Source: Chrysomallon squamiferum (taxonomy: Eukaryota > Animalia > Mollusca). Taken from it: 64,000 bases of DNA. Shown piece by piece: positions 47,665-61,500 of the stretch. Both the position numbers and the translations under genes were made by a program. The stretch spans positions 434,001 through 498,000 of the forward strand of contig CM022678.1 in assembly GCA_012295275.1 (NCBI GenBank), read 5' to 3'. Under the pieces are notes generated by a model. It saw only the letters and a list, made by a program, of their open reading frames with translations, was not told where the DNA came from and did no database searches. The stretch's first letter is position 1. Every line of letters begins with the position of its first letter.

Positions 47665-49125
47665 GAGTGACTTGTTAGTGTGTTGCATTAGTGACTTGTT
47701 AGTGTGTTGTATTAGTGACTTGTTAGTGTGCTGTATTAGTGACTTGTTAGTGTGTTATGTTAGTGACTTGTTAGTGTGTTGTATTAGTACTTGTTACTGT
47801 GTTGTATTAGTAACTTGTTAGTGTGTTTTATTAGTAACTTGTTAGTGAGTTTTATTATTAACTTGTTAGTGTGTTTTATTATTAACTTGTTAATGTGTTG
47901 TATTAGTAATTTGTTAATGTGTTGTATTAGTAACTTGTTAGTGTGTTGTATGGGTAACTTGTTATTGTGTTGTATTAGGTACTTGTTATTGTGTTGTATT
48001 AGTAACATGTTAGTGTGTTGTATTAGTAACTTGTTAGTGTGTTGTATTAGTAACTTGTTAATGTGTTGTATTAGTAACTTGTTAGTGTGTTGTATTAGGT
48101 AACTTGTTAGTGTGTTTTATTAGGTACTTGTTATTGTGTTGTATTAGTAACTTGTTAGTGTGTTGTATTAGTAACTTGTTAGTGTGTTGTATTAATAACT
48201 TGTTAGTGTGTTGTATTAGTGACTTGTTAGTGTGTTATGTTAGTGACTTGTTAGTATATTGTATTAGTGCTTGCTCGTGTGTTGTATTAGTAACTTGTTA
48301 GTGTGTTGTATAGGTACTTGTTAATGTGTTGTATTAGTAAATTGTTAGTGTGTTGTATTAGTAACTTGTTAGTGTGTTTTATTAGTAACTTGTTAGTGTG
48401 TTATGTTAGTGACTTGTTAATGTATTGTATTAGTACTTGCTCGTGTGTTGTATTAGTAACTTTTTAGTGTGTTGTATTAGTAACTTTTTAGTGTGTTGTA
48501 TTAGTAACTTGTTAGTGTGTTTTATTAGTAACTTGTTAGTGTGTTATGTTAGTGACTTGTTACTGTGTTGTATTAGTAACTTTTTAGTGTGTTGTATTAG
48601 TAACTTTTTAGTGTGTTGTATTAGTAACTTTTTAGTGTGTTGTATTAGTGACTTGTTAGTGTGTTGTATGTTAGTGACTTGTTAGTGTGTTGTATTAGTA
48701 CTTGTTATTGTGTTGTATTAGTAACTTGTTAGTGTGTTGTATTAGTAACTTGTTAGTGTGTTTTATTAGTAACTTGTTAGTGTATTGTATTAGTACTTGT
48801 TCGTGTGTTGTATTAGTAACCTGTTAGTGTGTTGTATTAGGTACTTTTTAGTGTGTTTTATTATTAACTTGTTAATGTGTTGTATTAGTAATTTGTTAAT
48901 GTGTTGTATTAGTAACTTGTTAGTGTGTTGTATGGGTGACTTGTTATTGTGTTGTATTAGGTACTTGTTATTGTGTTGTATTAGTAACATGTTAGTGTGT
49001 TGTATTAGTAACTTGTTAGAGTGTTGTATTAGTAACTTGTTAATGTGTTGTATTAGTAACTTGTTAGTGTGTTTTATTAGTAACTTGTTAGTGTGTTGTA
49101 TTTAAGTACTTGTTAATGTGTTAGT
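47665..49125. repeat. 24-bp minisatellite (TAGTAACTTGTTAGTGTGTTGTAT)n, ~60 copies
   Basis: Directly visible; accounts for the SNLLVCCI-type ORFs. Confidence 0.96.
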
Positions 49126-49926
49126 GAACTGTGTATTTTTCCTTGCTACTTAGTGGCGAGTATTAGTGAGTTACTAGTGTGTAGTATTTGTGCTAGTGGG
49201 TTGTAAATCATCTTTATTAGGTTAATTAATAACAAACTATGCATGTCACGCTTCCACTCACTCGATTTAACACCACGGACACGTTTCTCATCAGTATGCT
49301 AATGATTATGTTAATTATTTCGCAAGAGAGGTAATTTGATAGAGATATGACTACTAATTAGCATAAAGTTTATTATATTTTGTTACAAACAGAAAACCAG
49401 CGAGGCGTGACATTAGCTCCCATTAGAACAATGTTTTATGAATATATTCTGACATAGATATATACGTGTTTCATACACACATACATACATATCACACATG
49501 AAGTTCATACATGCATAAACATATCCAAACATACATACACACACACAACCACACATGGAAGCAAACTTTGATGATTTATGAACAATCATATTAGAGAAAG
49601 AACAAAAGAAAATCACACTTTACACAAACACATATGGCTCTGTGCACAAACATATATTCATAGTATTTACAAATACACACATTTACTTTGCCACAAGACT
49701 AGAATCAGAAAGAGACAAGTTCGAGTCGTTACGTTTGTGCTATTTTCGGGAATTCTTCCTGTGCGAACTAATCTTGTCTATTTTTAGCATCAGACCAGTG
49801 AAGCTTTCAGGCGTTTTGTTTCAACCGATAAAACAGACGCCCTCCTCATTAGAACAAAAATACCTCGCTAAAAATAAATTTCAAAATGTAAAAAATAATT
49901 AATCATTTGTATCTAGTTATTTTCAA

Positions 49927-49980
<54 letters not shown>

Positions 49981-50464
49981 ATTCTTCGGGGAAAATGATT
50001 AATTGAAATCAGTAGACAAAATTATATTAAAAGTAGAGATAAAGGTTTCAATCATTCATATTTACAACAAGAAGAACAGTAACAACAACAACAACAACAA
50101 TAATAATAATAATAATAATAATAATAGGAATCTACAGTAATTATGATGTCACAGTGACGTCACCAAACTATCTGCATTCCCGATCTCTGTGATTTGACCT
50201 ACAAAGTGATTATTTTCAGTGAATTACATCTATTAGTAAACTTAATTAAACCTCTCTGTGTGCGAACGTAGAATACATTAAATCTCTCGCTGGTTGTGAA
50301 TCTTAAAGTGAAAGAAATCTTATTAGCGACCAGGCGCTCAACAAAATCAATTGTGACAGAGTCATTGTGCCCTCCTGAACTTTGAATAATGTGAAAATTG
50401 TGTCTCTTTATGTTTAATTATTTCACATATATAATACAGTTTACAGTATATATTTAATGTGAAT

Positions 50465-50510
<46 letters not shown>

Positions 50511-51157
50511 TTAACGAGGACAATTATATTTATTTATTTTTTACTTATATTATATTATATTATATTATATTATTATTATTTATATTATTTATCTACTCAT
50601 TGCTATAGAAAGGAAATAACTGGATACATTCTCTTTATAAACTGCACAAACATTTGTTATCTGGGAGAAAGCAATTACTGTGGTAATGGGTAACAGCTAC
50701 ATTTACGACGTCGTTTGCTGCGACAAATATATTAACTGTACACGTTTGCATTCGACTACCTCTCGCCTCATTAGCTCTGTTTTTTGTTACTTCCCTCCCA
50801 GCGTCCACTCTCTGATCTGCACGTGCCTACTCGCGCGTGCAGACGCTAAAAACCAGTAAAACTGCAAGCTTCGCTCTGCTTAGTCTGTGTCCCTGTACAG
50901 TGATCAATGTAGAACTGCTCTGAGCTGGAAGTAACTACAAATAGTACAGTGCCCTCGTAACACACGTATATAAAGCAAACGTATTATTTTCAATAGTTGA
51001 CACTCGTCATTTATAGAAGAAAGATAATTTATTATTTCAAATGTGATTTATATATCAATTATATAAGTATTTTAACTCTAGATTTTTATTCTTTTTTTTC
51101 TTTCTCGATTAGCAATAAACCTGGAATATTATGAACCTAAATACAAGTATCTGTCAG

Positions 51158-51695
51158 TTCATCTTGTTTATGAAGTGTGCTTACAGCCCGTTGTCTGTTC
51201 ATCTTGTTTATGAAGTGTGCTTACGGCCCGTTGTCTGTTCATCTAGTTTATGAAGTGTGCTTACAGCCCGTTGTCTGTTCATCTAGTTTATGAAGTGTGC
51301 TTACAGCCCGTTGTCTGTTCGTCTAGTTTATGAAGTGTGCTTACAGCCCGTTGTCTGTTCATCTAGTTTATCTTGTTTTCATCTAGTTTATGAAGTGTGC
51401 TTACAGCCCGTTGTCTGTTCGTCTAGTTTATGAAGTGTGCTTACAGCCCGTTGTCTGTTCATCTAGTTTATGAAGTGTGCTTACAGCCCGTTGTCTGTTC
51501 GTCTAGTTTATGAAGTGTGTTGTCTGTTCATCTAGTTTATGAAGTGTGCTTACAGCCCGTTGTCTGTTCGTCTAGTTTATGAAGTGTGCTTAAATTGCCC
51601 GTTGTCTGTTCATCTAGTTTATGAAGTGTGCTTACAGCCCGTTGTCTGTTCATCTAGTTTATGAAGTGTGCTTACAGCCCGTTGTTTGTTCATTT
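51158..51695. repeat. 40-bp minisatellite, ~13 copies
   Basis: atctagtttatgaagtgtgcttacagcccgttgtctgttc repeated. Confidence 0.95.
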
Positions 51696-52231
51696 GTTCA
51701 TATCACTTCTATTCTTTTGTGACAATAAATGTTTCTGCAGATACATCAGTATTTATTGATGCGTTCATCAAATGATAAATCCACACTCAGAAAGAAATGA
51801 CTGAGAAGTAAATGAAATATCAGCAGTCTGTTATAAGAAAATGACAATAGATGCATTCTTTAGATATCACAGCGTATTTATTTAATTATGTAAAGATCAA
51901 TGTATATGTAATGTATTTATTCTGTTTGTAGTTTTATGATTAGTATGTATTGTATTTATTGAGGGAATTACATTTCTGATTGCGTATATACAAAATATTA
52001 AACATACGTATGTAATTGTAATTATATACTGATATAATTGAATTAGGCAACAGATGAAGAAGAAGAAGAAGAAGAAATATATATTGGAGAAGATTACATT
52101 GAGGCACGAACACATTTTGATGTCCTTTAGTAGAAAGTTGCTAAAATAATTTGTCAAGTGGTAACTGGCTGGCGGGTATAAACATAATTTCGCAGTCATT
52201 TTCAGAATTCACATTAATTTGATCAATTTGG

Positions 52232-52671
52232 GTGTTAACTTTGGAGTTTGATTATTTTCAGTGTTATCATTAGAGTTTAATCATTTTCAGTTTTAACATT
52301 AGAGTTTAATCATTTTCACTGTCAACATTAGATTTTGATAATTTTCAGTGTTAACTTTAGAGTTTGATTATTTTCAGTGTTAACTTTAGAGTTTGATAAT
52401 TTTCAGTGTTAACTTTAGAGTTTGATCATTTTCAGTGTTAACTTTAGAGTTTGATTATTTTCAGTGTTAACATTAGAGTTTGATCATTTTCAGAGTTAAC
52501 TTTAGAGTTTGATTATTTTCAGTGTTAACTTTAGAGTTTAATCATTTTCAGTGTTAACTTTAGAGTTTAATCATTTTCAGTGTTAACATTAGAGTTTGAT
52601 AATTTTCAGTGTTAACTTTAGAGTTTGATTATGTTCAGTGTTAACTTTAGAGTGTGATCATTTTCAGTGTC
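52232..52671. repeat. 29-bp minisatellite, ~15 copies
   Basis: ttttcagtgttaactttagagtttgatca repeated. Confidence 0.94.
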
Positions 52672-52702
52672 AAAATTTGTCACCGTTATAATTCTTTAGC
52701 CA

Positions 52703-52916
52703 CAGTTCATTAATGTCAGTGGTAACTCAGTTTTAATGTCAGAATTTGTCAGTTCATTAATATCAGTTAACTCAGTTCATTAATGTCAGTGGTAACTCAG
52801 TTCATTAATGTCAGTGATAACTCAGTTCATTAATATCAGTGATAACTCAGTTCATTAATATCAATGATAACTCAGTTCATTAATATCAGTGATAACTCAG
52901 TTCATTAATATCAGTT
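52703..52916. repeat. 25-bp minisatellite, ~8 copies
   Basis: cagttcattaatatcagtgataact repeated. Confidence 0.9.
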
Positions 52917-53846
52917 TTGATGTCATTCTGCTCATTACAACAGTTAATAATGAGTCATTGATTGTTGATGTCACTCTTTTGCTCGTTATAATAGTTGATG
53001 ACGTCAGACTGATCTACTGATGATAAGAAAAGGTTGAAGTTTTCGTCAATACTTTTAAATAGACAAATGATCTGAAAGTGTAAATGCATAAAATTTAGTG
53101 AATAAAATATAGTAAAGAAAACAGTAAATAAAATGTAGTAAATAAAAACGTAAATAAAACATAGTAAATAAAATATAGTAAATAAAACAGAGTAAGTAAA
53201 ATGTGAAATTCTGGCCACAGTAAATCTAACTGAAAAAAACAACAATAAAAATAAAAAGAGAAGAAGAAAGACAAAGCAAAAAACAGCAAAACAATAGCAA
53301 ACCAACAAAAATTAAAGCTAATTGCATGCACGAAATATAATAAGCATGGTTTCTTATGTGAGTAAAATAGAAATATAACAAGCATGGTTTCTTATGTGAG
53401 TAAAATAGGCAGTAAAAGGAAGAATGAACATTAGTGTGGAAAGATGAGGCTGGTTAATCAGAAGATGTTTTGTAAAACAAGACTCGTCATTTAATATCTA
53501 ACAATTCCATAACGGGAAAAAAAGGTGGGTGCAGCATAAAATAAAAGATAAAATAATAATAATAATAACCGTCTACTTAATTTCCACACACATGTTGCTG
53601 AAAATATCTAAGCTGTATTAGCGAAAGTTTAGATATTCAAAATAAATTGTTGCTTTGTCTTTCTTGAAGATGAAACATAACGTTTGATTGTTCGATTGGT
53701 AAATAGCTATATTTGGAAACAGCAGCAACAGAAACAACAGAATCAACTACGATAACAACAGAACTAGCAATAACAAAAAAAACAAAAAATGTTCATATAA
53801 TGTAAATGTAAATAGAAACATGATTGTTAAACTGATTAGAAAAACA

Positions 53847-54032
53847 GCAAATAGTTACAACTGCAAATACAGTTACAAATGCAAATATAGTTACAACTGC
53901 AAATACAGTTACAACTGCAAATATAGTTACAAGTGCAAATATAGTTACAAATGCAAATATAGTTACAAATGCAAATACACTTACAAATGCAAATACAGTT
54001 ACAACTGCAAATATAGTTACAGTTACAAATGT
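53847..54032. repeat. 18-bp minisatellite, ~10 copies
   Basis: gcaaatayagttacaact repeated. Confidence 0.92.
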
Positions 54033-54694
54033 AACACGGTTACTGATTACATTGGTTCGTCACAGTGAGGTAATTTTCTAATTAATGAAAACAATTATTT
54101 GCCCGAAATTTCCTGACAGCTAAACAAAATCTATACGGACTGAGTAGAAATACTAATACGACTTGATGTTAATTATCTTAAATTACGTTTAATTTTGCCA
54201 GTGAAACACTGGTCACACGAAAACATTACACACACTGAAACATTACATATATTGAAACATTGCTCACACTGACACATTACATACATTGAAACATTCAGTA
54301 CACTGAAACACTGTACACTCTAAAACATTGCTCACACTGAAACATCACATACACTGAAACACTGCTTATACTGAAACATCTCAAACTTTGCTCGCACTTA
54401 AGACACTGTCGATAACGAGAAACGAAGGAAAGTTCTAAAGACGTGAATGACCGCATTACACAACTCATTAAGTAGAAAACTTAGAAAGTTTCACTTCTGC
54501 AGTTTTCGTCACACGAGTCGTAAACACACAAACTCTCTAAAGATTTGTAAACAAGCAAAATACTTTTTTAGACCTATTTCTTAAGAATTTCAGAAAATTG
54601 TATTCATTGCTAAACATCATCAAGTGTTCAATTTGAAAAAAACATTGTTTGCTGTACACATTGTACAAAGTGTTTACACATTTGTCTAATTTTA

Positions 54695-55413
54695 ACTGTA
54701 TGTTTACAGTTACAGTTTACATATTTGACTAACACTAACTGTATGTTACAGTGTACGTATTGATCTAACACTAACTGTATGTTACAGTGTACGTATTGAT
54801 CTAACACAAACTGTATGTTACAGTGTACGTATTGATCTAAGATTAACTGTATGTTACAGTTTACATATTTGACTAACACTAACTGTATGTTACAGTGTAC
54901 GTATTGATCTAACACAAACTGTATGTTACAGTTTACATATTTGACTAACACTAACTGTATGTTACAGTTTACATATTTGACTAACACAAACTGTATGTTA
55001 CAGTGTACGTATTGATCTAACACAAACTGTATGTTACAGTGTACGTATTGATCTAACACTAACTGTATGTTACAGTGTACGTATTGATCTAAGATTAACT
55101 GTATGTTACGTATTGATCTAACACAAACTGTATGTTACAGTGTACGTATTGATCTAACACTAACTGTATGTTACAGTGTACGTATTGATCTAAGATTAAC
55201 TGTATGTTACTTATTGATCTAAGATTACTGTATGTTACAGTGTACGTATTGATCTAACACTAACTGTATGTTACAGTGTACGTATTGATCTAACACAAAC
55301 TGTATGTTACAGTGTACGTATTGATCTAACACTAACTGTATGTTACAGTGTACGTATTGATCTAAGATTAACTGTATGTTACGTATTGATCTAACACAAA
55401 CTGTATGTTACAG
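54695..55413. repeat. 36-bp minisatellite, ~20 copies
   Basis: actgtatgttacagtgtacgtattgatctaacacta repeated. Confidence 0.95.
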
Positions 55414-55659
55414 TTGTCTGATGCCGCAGTGAGGCGCTGATATTAAAGCAGCAGAGGCCAGGAGTTTGTTAAAGCATTTTACAAGCGTCACAGAGCTGAC
55501 AGCTCTCTCCAGTGTTTATTTCTGTCTCTATCGATCTGTGTGCACGGACTCCATTACTCACAGCTGTTTTATCTTTTGACGTGTACAAACTGAAATATCT
55601 TCTAACAACTCTCTTGTCAGCATTTCCTTGTATCTGACTCACTCCTGTCCCCACTTCTC

Positions 55660-55960
55660 TATGTGTCGTGTATGTGTCTTTTTCTCTGTGTGTGTCTGTG
55701 TCTTTTTGTGTGTGTGTGTCTGTGTCCAGTTCCATGTGGGATTGTGTCTGTATCTTTTTCTGTGTGTGTATATGTGTCTTTTTCTCTGTGTGTTTGTCTG
55801 TGTCTTTTTCCATGTGGGTGTGTGTCTGTGTCTTTTTTTTGTGTGTGTGTCTGTGTCTTTTTCTGTGTGTGTGTCTGTGTCTTTTTATGTGTGTGTGTCT
55901 GTGTCTTTTTCTGTGTGTGTGTCTGTGTCTTTTTCCATGTGGGTGTGTGTCTCTGTCGTT
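55660..55960. repeat. Low-complexity TG/TC repeat (~24-bp unit)
   Basis: gtgtgtgtctgtgtctttttct repeated. Confidence 0.88.
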
Positions 55961-56211
55961 TCTTTTTTCTCCCTCTCTCTGCCTGTCACTTTCTTTTTCT
56001 GTCATATTTTATTCATCTTTAACTCTTTGTCTGTCTGTCTCTCTCTCCGAGTTAGAAATAAAATAAAATGAAATAAAACAAAACAAAAGTAAATGAAATA
56101 TAAGGTCTATTTTTACCTGTGAGATTAGACAGTGAGATTTTAGACAGAGTCTGACTACTGGAGATTCAAATGGAGATTTTCTTGTCGTGGCTAATTGTCA
56201 CTTAGTTACGT

Positions 56212-56315
56212 TAATGTGTTGTATTAGTAACTTGTTAACTTGTTAGTGTGTTTTATTAGTAACTTGTTAGTGTGTTTTATTAGTAACTTGTTAGTGTGTT
56301 GTATTAAGTACTTGT
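56212..56315. repeat. Short second copy (~4 units) of the 24-bp minisatellite at 47665-49125
   Basis: Same unit tagtaacttgttagtgtgtt(g/t)tat in the same orientation. Confidence 0.88.
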
Positions 56316-56691
56316 CATTTAGTTACGTTGACGTAACAAAGAATGTGACATACATTCAACAGTTCGCCTTATTTAGCTATCTTACTGCTGTCGTTACAAC
56401 TCAAACTGTTGCCATTCTATTTTCGATTTTTGTAAAGAAATAAAAGTTAAATTTTTTTAAAGTTCGATGCAAAACAAATAAATAAATAATAATAATGATG
56501 TTGATGATGACGATGATAATAAAATAAATTTAAAAAAATCTTTATAAAAGAAAAACGTTACTATATTTTCCCATGTCAAAAAAAATAAAAAAATAAAACT
56601 GAATAAAATAAAATAGCATCGCAGTGAAACATGCGATGTCTGCTGTGAGCCTTCATAGTGCAGAGTTTTTCTTTCTGCACAGTCGAGTAAC

Positions 56692-56927
56692 GTCCCACAT
56701 CTTCTCTTTGTCACGCAGCTAAGTGTCCCACATTCTTCTCTTTGTCACGCAGCTAAGTGTCCCACATTCTTCTCTTTGTCACGCAACTAAGTGTCCCACA
56801 TTCTTCTCTTTGTCACGCAGCTAAGTGTCCCACATCTTCTCTTTGTCACGCAGCTAAGTGTCCCACATCTTCTCTTTGTCACGCAGCTGAGTGTCCCACA
56901 TCTTCTCTTTGTCACGTAGCTAAGTGA
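56692..56927. repeat. 33-34-bp minisatellite, ~7 copies
   Basis: gtcccacatcttctctttgtcacgcagctaagt repeated. Confidence 0.93.
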
Positions 56928-57611
56928 TAGGATGATACTGTAGCGAGTTTAATGGATTTTGTCGTCATTTAATTTTTAATAGAAATGTCATGAAAGTGAA
57001 AAGTACAATGTCCTCTTCACAATAATTCATTATCTACAATCATCTTTTGTTCTTGATATTTTTCTATTATTATTTTTGTTTCAAGTTACTGAAAATAATA
57101 TAAATATTACAGAAATAAAGGATAATTGAAATACTGGAAACAATATAAATTTTATTTGTATATACAGACACATATACATATACACTGTATACACTGATAT
57201 TTGCGAGCGGACCTATACGTGTCTGTGTATCTGTGTGTGCATGTTCAGTGATGTGTGTACGAAAAAAGAATATGCTGATACTTCAAAGAAAACGTCAAAT
57301 TATCAAATCACCAAAGCATGACGTGAATTTGTTTTATTTTTTTGTAAAATACGGAAATTTCCCATGAAAAAACTACACTGCATTTTGATTTTGTAATTTA
57401 ATCAAGAAAGAAAAAAGAAACAAAGGAAGGACGAAATGATGGCATTAGGGTTAAAAACACAGACAGAAAGAAAGAAATGAAAGGATGGACGGAAGGTTAT
57501 AAAGAAAGAAGAATAAAAAGAAACAAAGAACGAACACTAAGTTGCACGTCACATTCACTCGCTGTAAGAACGAATCGTCTTTGTCCTGTCTCAACGTCAC
57601 ATTCACTCGCT

Positions 57612-57980
57612 GTCACTGTCAGCTTCTCCCACTGTCAGATGTAATCGTCTTTGTCCTGTCAGCTTCTCTCACTGTCAGCTTCTCTCACTGTCAGCTTCTC
57701 TCACTGTCAGCTTCTCTCACTGTCAGCTTCTCTCACTGTCAGCTTCTCTCACTGTCAGCTTCTCTCACTGTCAGCTTCTCTCACTGTCAGCTTCTCTCAC
57801 TGTCAGCTTCTCTCACTGTCAGCTTCTCTCACTGTCAGCTTCTCTCACTGTCAGCTTCTCTCACTGTCAGCTTCTCTCACTGTCAGCTTCTCTCACTGTC
57901 AGCTTCTCCCACTGTCAGCTTCTCTCACTTCTCAGTCAGCTTCTCCCACTGTCAGCTGATTTTTTTCTCTCACTGTCAAC
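57612..57980. repeat. 16-bp minisatellite (CACTGTCAGCTTCTCT)n, ~20 copies
   Basis: Directly visible. Confidence 0.95.
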
Positions 57981-58036
57981 TGTCAAAATTTTTTCCGAAT
58001 TAAAAAAAAAAAAAAATCAAAATATATATATATATA

Positions 58037-58037
58037 A

Positions 58038-58128
<91 letters not shown>

Positions 58129-58165
58129 GTAATAGTAATAATAATAATAGTAATAATAATAATAA
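58037..58165. repeat. (AAT)n microsatellite
   Basis: Directly visible. Confidence 0.95.
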
Positions 58166-58311
58166 ATGAAAACAAAAACAAACAAGAAAACGCCGAAATG
58201 TCATTTTGCTGTAAAATAGAAATCGATGAAATATGCAATATATTCTGTTTAAAGCAATAGCTGTCAATAATCTCTGCTATATGTGTATGTAATTTTAATG
58301 TATACATACAA

Positions 58312-58347
<36 letters not shown>

Positions 58348-58518
58348 AGACAGAGATTCTACATGAAATACAATATATACTATACAGTGTAATATATGCT
58401 CATATATAATCATATACCTGTAACTGTGAAATAGACGTTTAATATATACTCTGATATTTAAACTGTTATTACACTGTGTCTAGATGTCTCAATTTAAACT
58501 GCAGTGTATCTATATATC

Positions 58519-61500
58519 TAAACTGAGACAGTTGTAAAGTGTATGTAGATGTTTAAACTGAGACAATTGTAAAGTGTATGTAGATGTTTAAACTGAGACA
58601 GTTGTAAACTGAGACAGTTGTAAAGTGTATGTAGATGTTTAAACTGAGACAGTTGTAAAGTGTATGTAGATGTTTAAACTGAGACAGTTGTAAAGTGTAT
58701 GTAGATGTTTAAACTGAGACAGTTGTAAACTGAGACAGTTGTAAAGTGTATGTAGATGTTTAAACTGAGACAGTTGTAAAGTGTATGTAGATGTTTAAAC
58801 TGAGACAGTTGTAAACTGACACAGTTGTAAAGTGTATGTAGATGTTTAAACTGAGACAGTTGTAAAGTGTATGTAGATGTTTAAACTGAGACAGTTGTAA
58901 AGTGTATGTAGATGTTTAAACTGAGACAGTTGTAAAGTGTATGTAGATGTTTAAACTGAGACAGTTGTAAAGTGTATGTAGATGTTTAAACTGAGGCAGT
59001 TGTAAACAGTTGTAAAGTGTATGTAGATGTTTAAACTGAGACAGTTTGTAAAGTGTATGTAGATGTTTAAACTGAGACAGTTGTAAAGTGTATGTAGATG
59101 TTTAAACTGAGACAGTTGTAAAGTGTATATAGATGTTTCAACTGAGACAGTTGTAAAGTGTATGTAGATGTTTAAACTGAGACAGTTGTAAAGTGTATGT
59201 AGATGTTTAAACTGAGACAGTTTAAACTGAGACAGTTTAAACTGAGACAGTTGTAAAGTGTATGTAGATGTTTAAACTGAGACAGTTGTAAAGTGTATGT
59301 AGATGTTTAAACTGAGACAGTTGTAAAGTGTATGTAGATGTTTAAACTGAGACAGTTGTAAAGTGTATGTAGATGTTTAAACTGAGACAGTTGTAAAGTG
59401 TATGTAGATGTTTAAACTGAGACAGTTGTAAAAGTGTATGTAGATGTTTAAACTGAGACATTTGTAAAGTGTATATAGATGTTTCAACTGAGACAGTTGT
59501 AAAGTGTATGTAGATGTTTAAACTGAGACAGTTGTAAAGTGTATGTAGATGTTTAAACTGAGACAGTTGTAAACTGAGACAGTTGTAAAGTGTATGTAGA
59601 TGTTTAAACTGAGACAGTTGTAAACTGAGACAGTTGTAAAGTGTATGTAGATGTTTAAACTGAGACAGTTGTAAAGTGTATGTAGATGTTTAAACTGAGA
59701 CAGTTGTAAACTGACACAGTTGTAAAGTGTATGTAGATGTTTAAACTGAGACAGTTGTAAAGTGTATGTAGATGTTTAAACTGAGACAGTTGTAAAGTGT
59801 ATGTAGATGTTTAAACTGAGACAGTTGTAAAGTGTATGTAGATGTTTAAACTGAGACAGTTGTAAAGTGTATGTAGATGTTTAAACTGAGGCAGTTGTAA
59901 ACTGAGACAGTTGTAAAGTGTATGTAGATGTTTAAACTGAGACAGTTGTAAAGTGTATGTAGATGTTTAAACTGAGATAGTTGTAAAGTGTATGTAGATG
60001 TTTAAACTGAGACAGTTGTAAAGTGTATGTAGATGTTTAAACTGAGACAGTTGTAAACTGAGACACAGTTGTAAAAGTGTATGTAGATGTTTAAACTGAG
60101 ACAGTTGTAAAGTGTATGTAGATGTTTAAACTGAGACAGTTGTAAAAGTGTATGTAGATGTTTAAACTGAGACAGTTGTAAAGTGTATGTAGATGTTTAA
60201 ACTGAGACAGTTGTAAAGTGTATGTAGATGTTTAAACTGAGACATTTGTAAAGTGTATATAGATGTTTCAACTGAGACAGTTGTAAAGTGTATGTAGATG
60301 TTTAAACTGAGACAGTTGTAAAGTGTGTGTAGATGTTTAAACTGAGACAGTTGTAAAGTGTATGTAGATGTTTAAACTGAGACAGTTGTAAAGTGTATGT
60401 AGATGTTTAAACTGAGACAATTGTAAAGTGTATGTAGATGTTTAAACTGAGACAGTTGTAAAGTGTATGTGGATGTTTAAACTGAGACAGTTGTAAAGTG
60501 TATGTAGATGTTTAAACTGAGACAGTTGTAAAGTGTATGTAGATGTTTAAACTGAGACAGTTGTAAACTGAGACAGTTGTAAAGTGTATGTAGATGTTTA
60601 AACTGAGACAGTTGTAAAGTGTATGTAGATGTTTAAACTGAGGCAGTTGTAAACTGAGACAGTTGTAAAGTGTATGTAGATGTTTAAACTGAGACAGTTG
60701 TAAAGTGTATGTAGATGTTTAAACTGAGACAGTTGTAAAGTGTATGTAGATGTTTAAACTGAGACAGTTGTAAACTGAGACAATTGTAAAGTGTATGTAG
60801 ATGTTTAAACTGAGACAGTTGTAAAGTGTATGTAGATGTTTAAACTGAGACAGTTGTAAAGTGTATGTAGATGTTTAAACTGAGGCAGTTGTAAACTGAG
60901 ACAGTTGTAAAGTGTATGTAGATGTTTAAACTGAGACAGTTGTAAAGTGTATGTAGATGTTTAAACTGAGACAGTTGTAAACTGAGACAGTTGTAAAGTG
61001 TATGTAGATGTTTAAACTGAGACAGTTGTAAAGTGTATGTAGATGTTTAAAACTCAGACAGTTGCAAAGTGTATGTAGATGTTTAAACTGAGACAATTGT
61101 AAAAAAGTGTATGTAGATGTTTAAACTGAGACAGTTGTAAAAGTGTATGTAGATGTTTAAACTGAGACAGTTGTAAACTGAGACAGTTGTAAAAGTGTAT
61201 GTAGATGTTTAAACTGAGACAGTTGTAAAGTGTATGTAGATGTTTAAACTGAGGCAGTTGTAAACTGAGACAGTTGTAAAGTGTATGTAGATGTTTAAAC
61301 TGAGACAGTTGTAAAGTGTATGTAGATGTTTAAACTGAGACAGTTGTAAAGTGTATGTAGATGTTTAAACTGAGACAGTTGTAAAGTGTATGTAGATGTT
61401 TAAACTGAGACAGTTGTAAAAGTGTATGTAGATGTTTAAACTGAGACAATTATAAAGTGTATGTAGATGTTTAAACTGAGACAGTTTGTAAAGTGTATGA

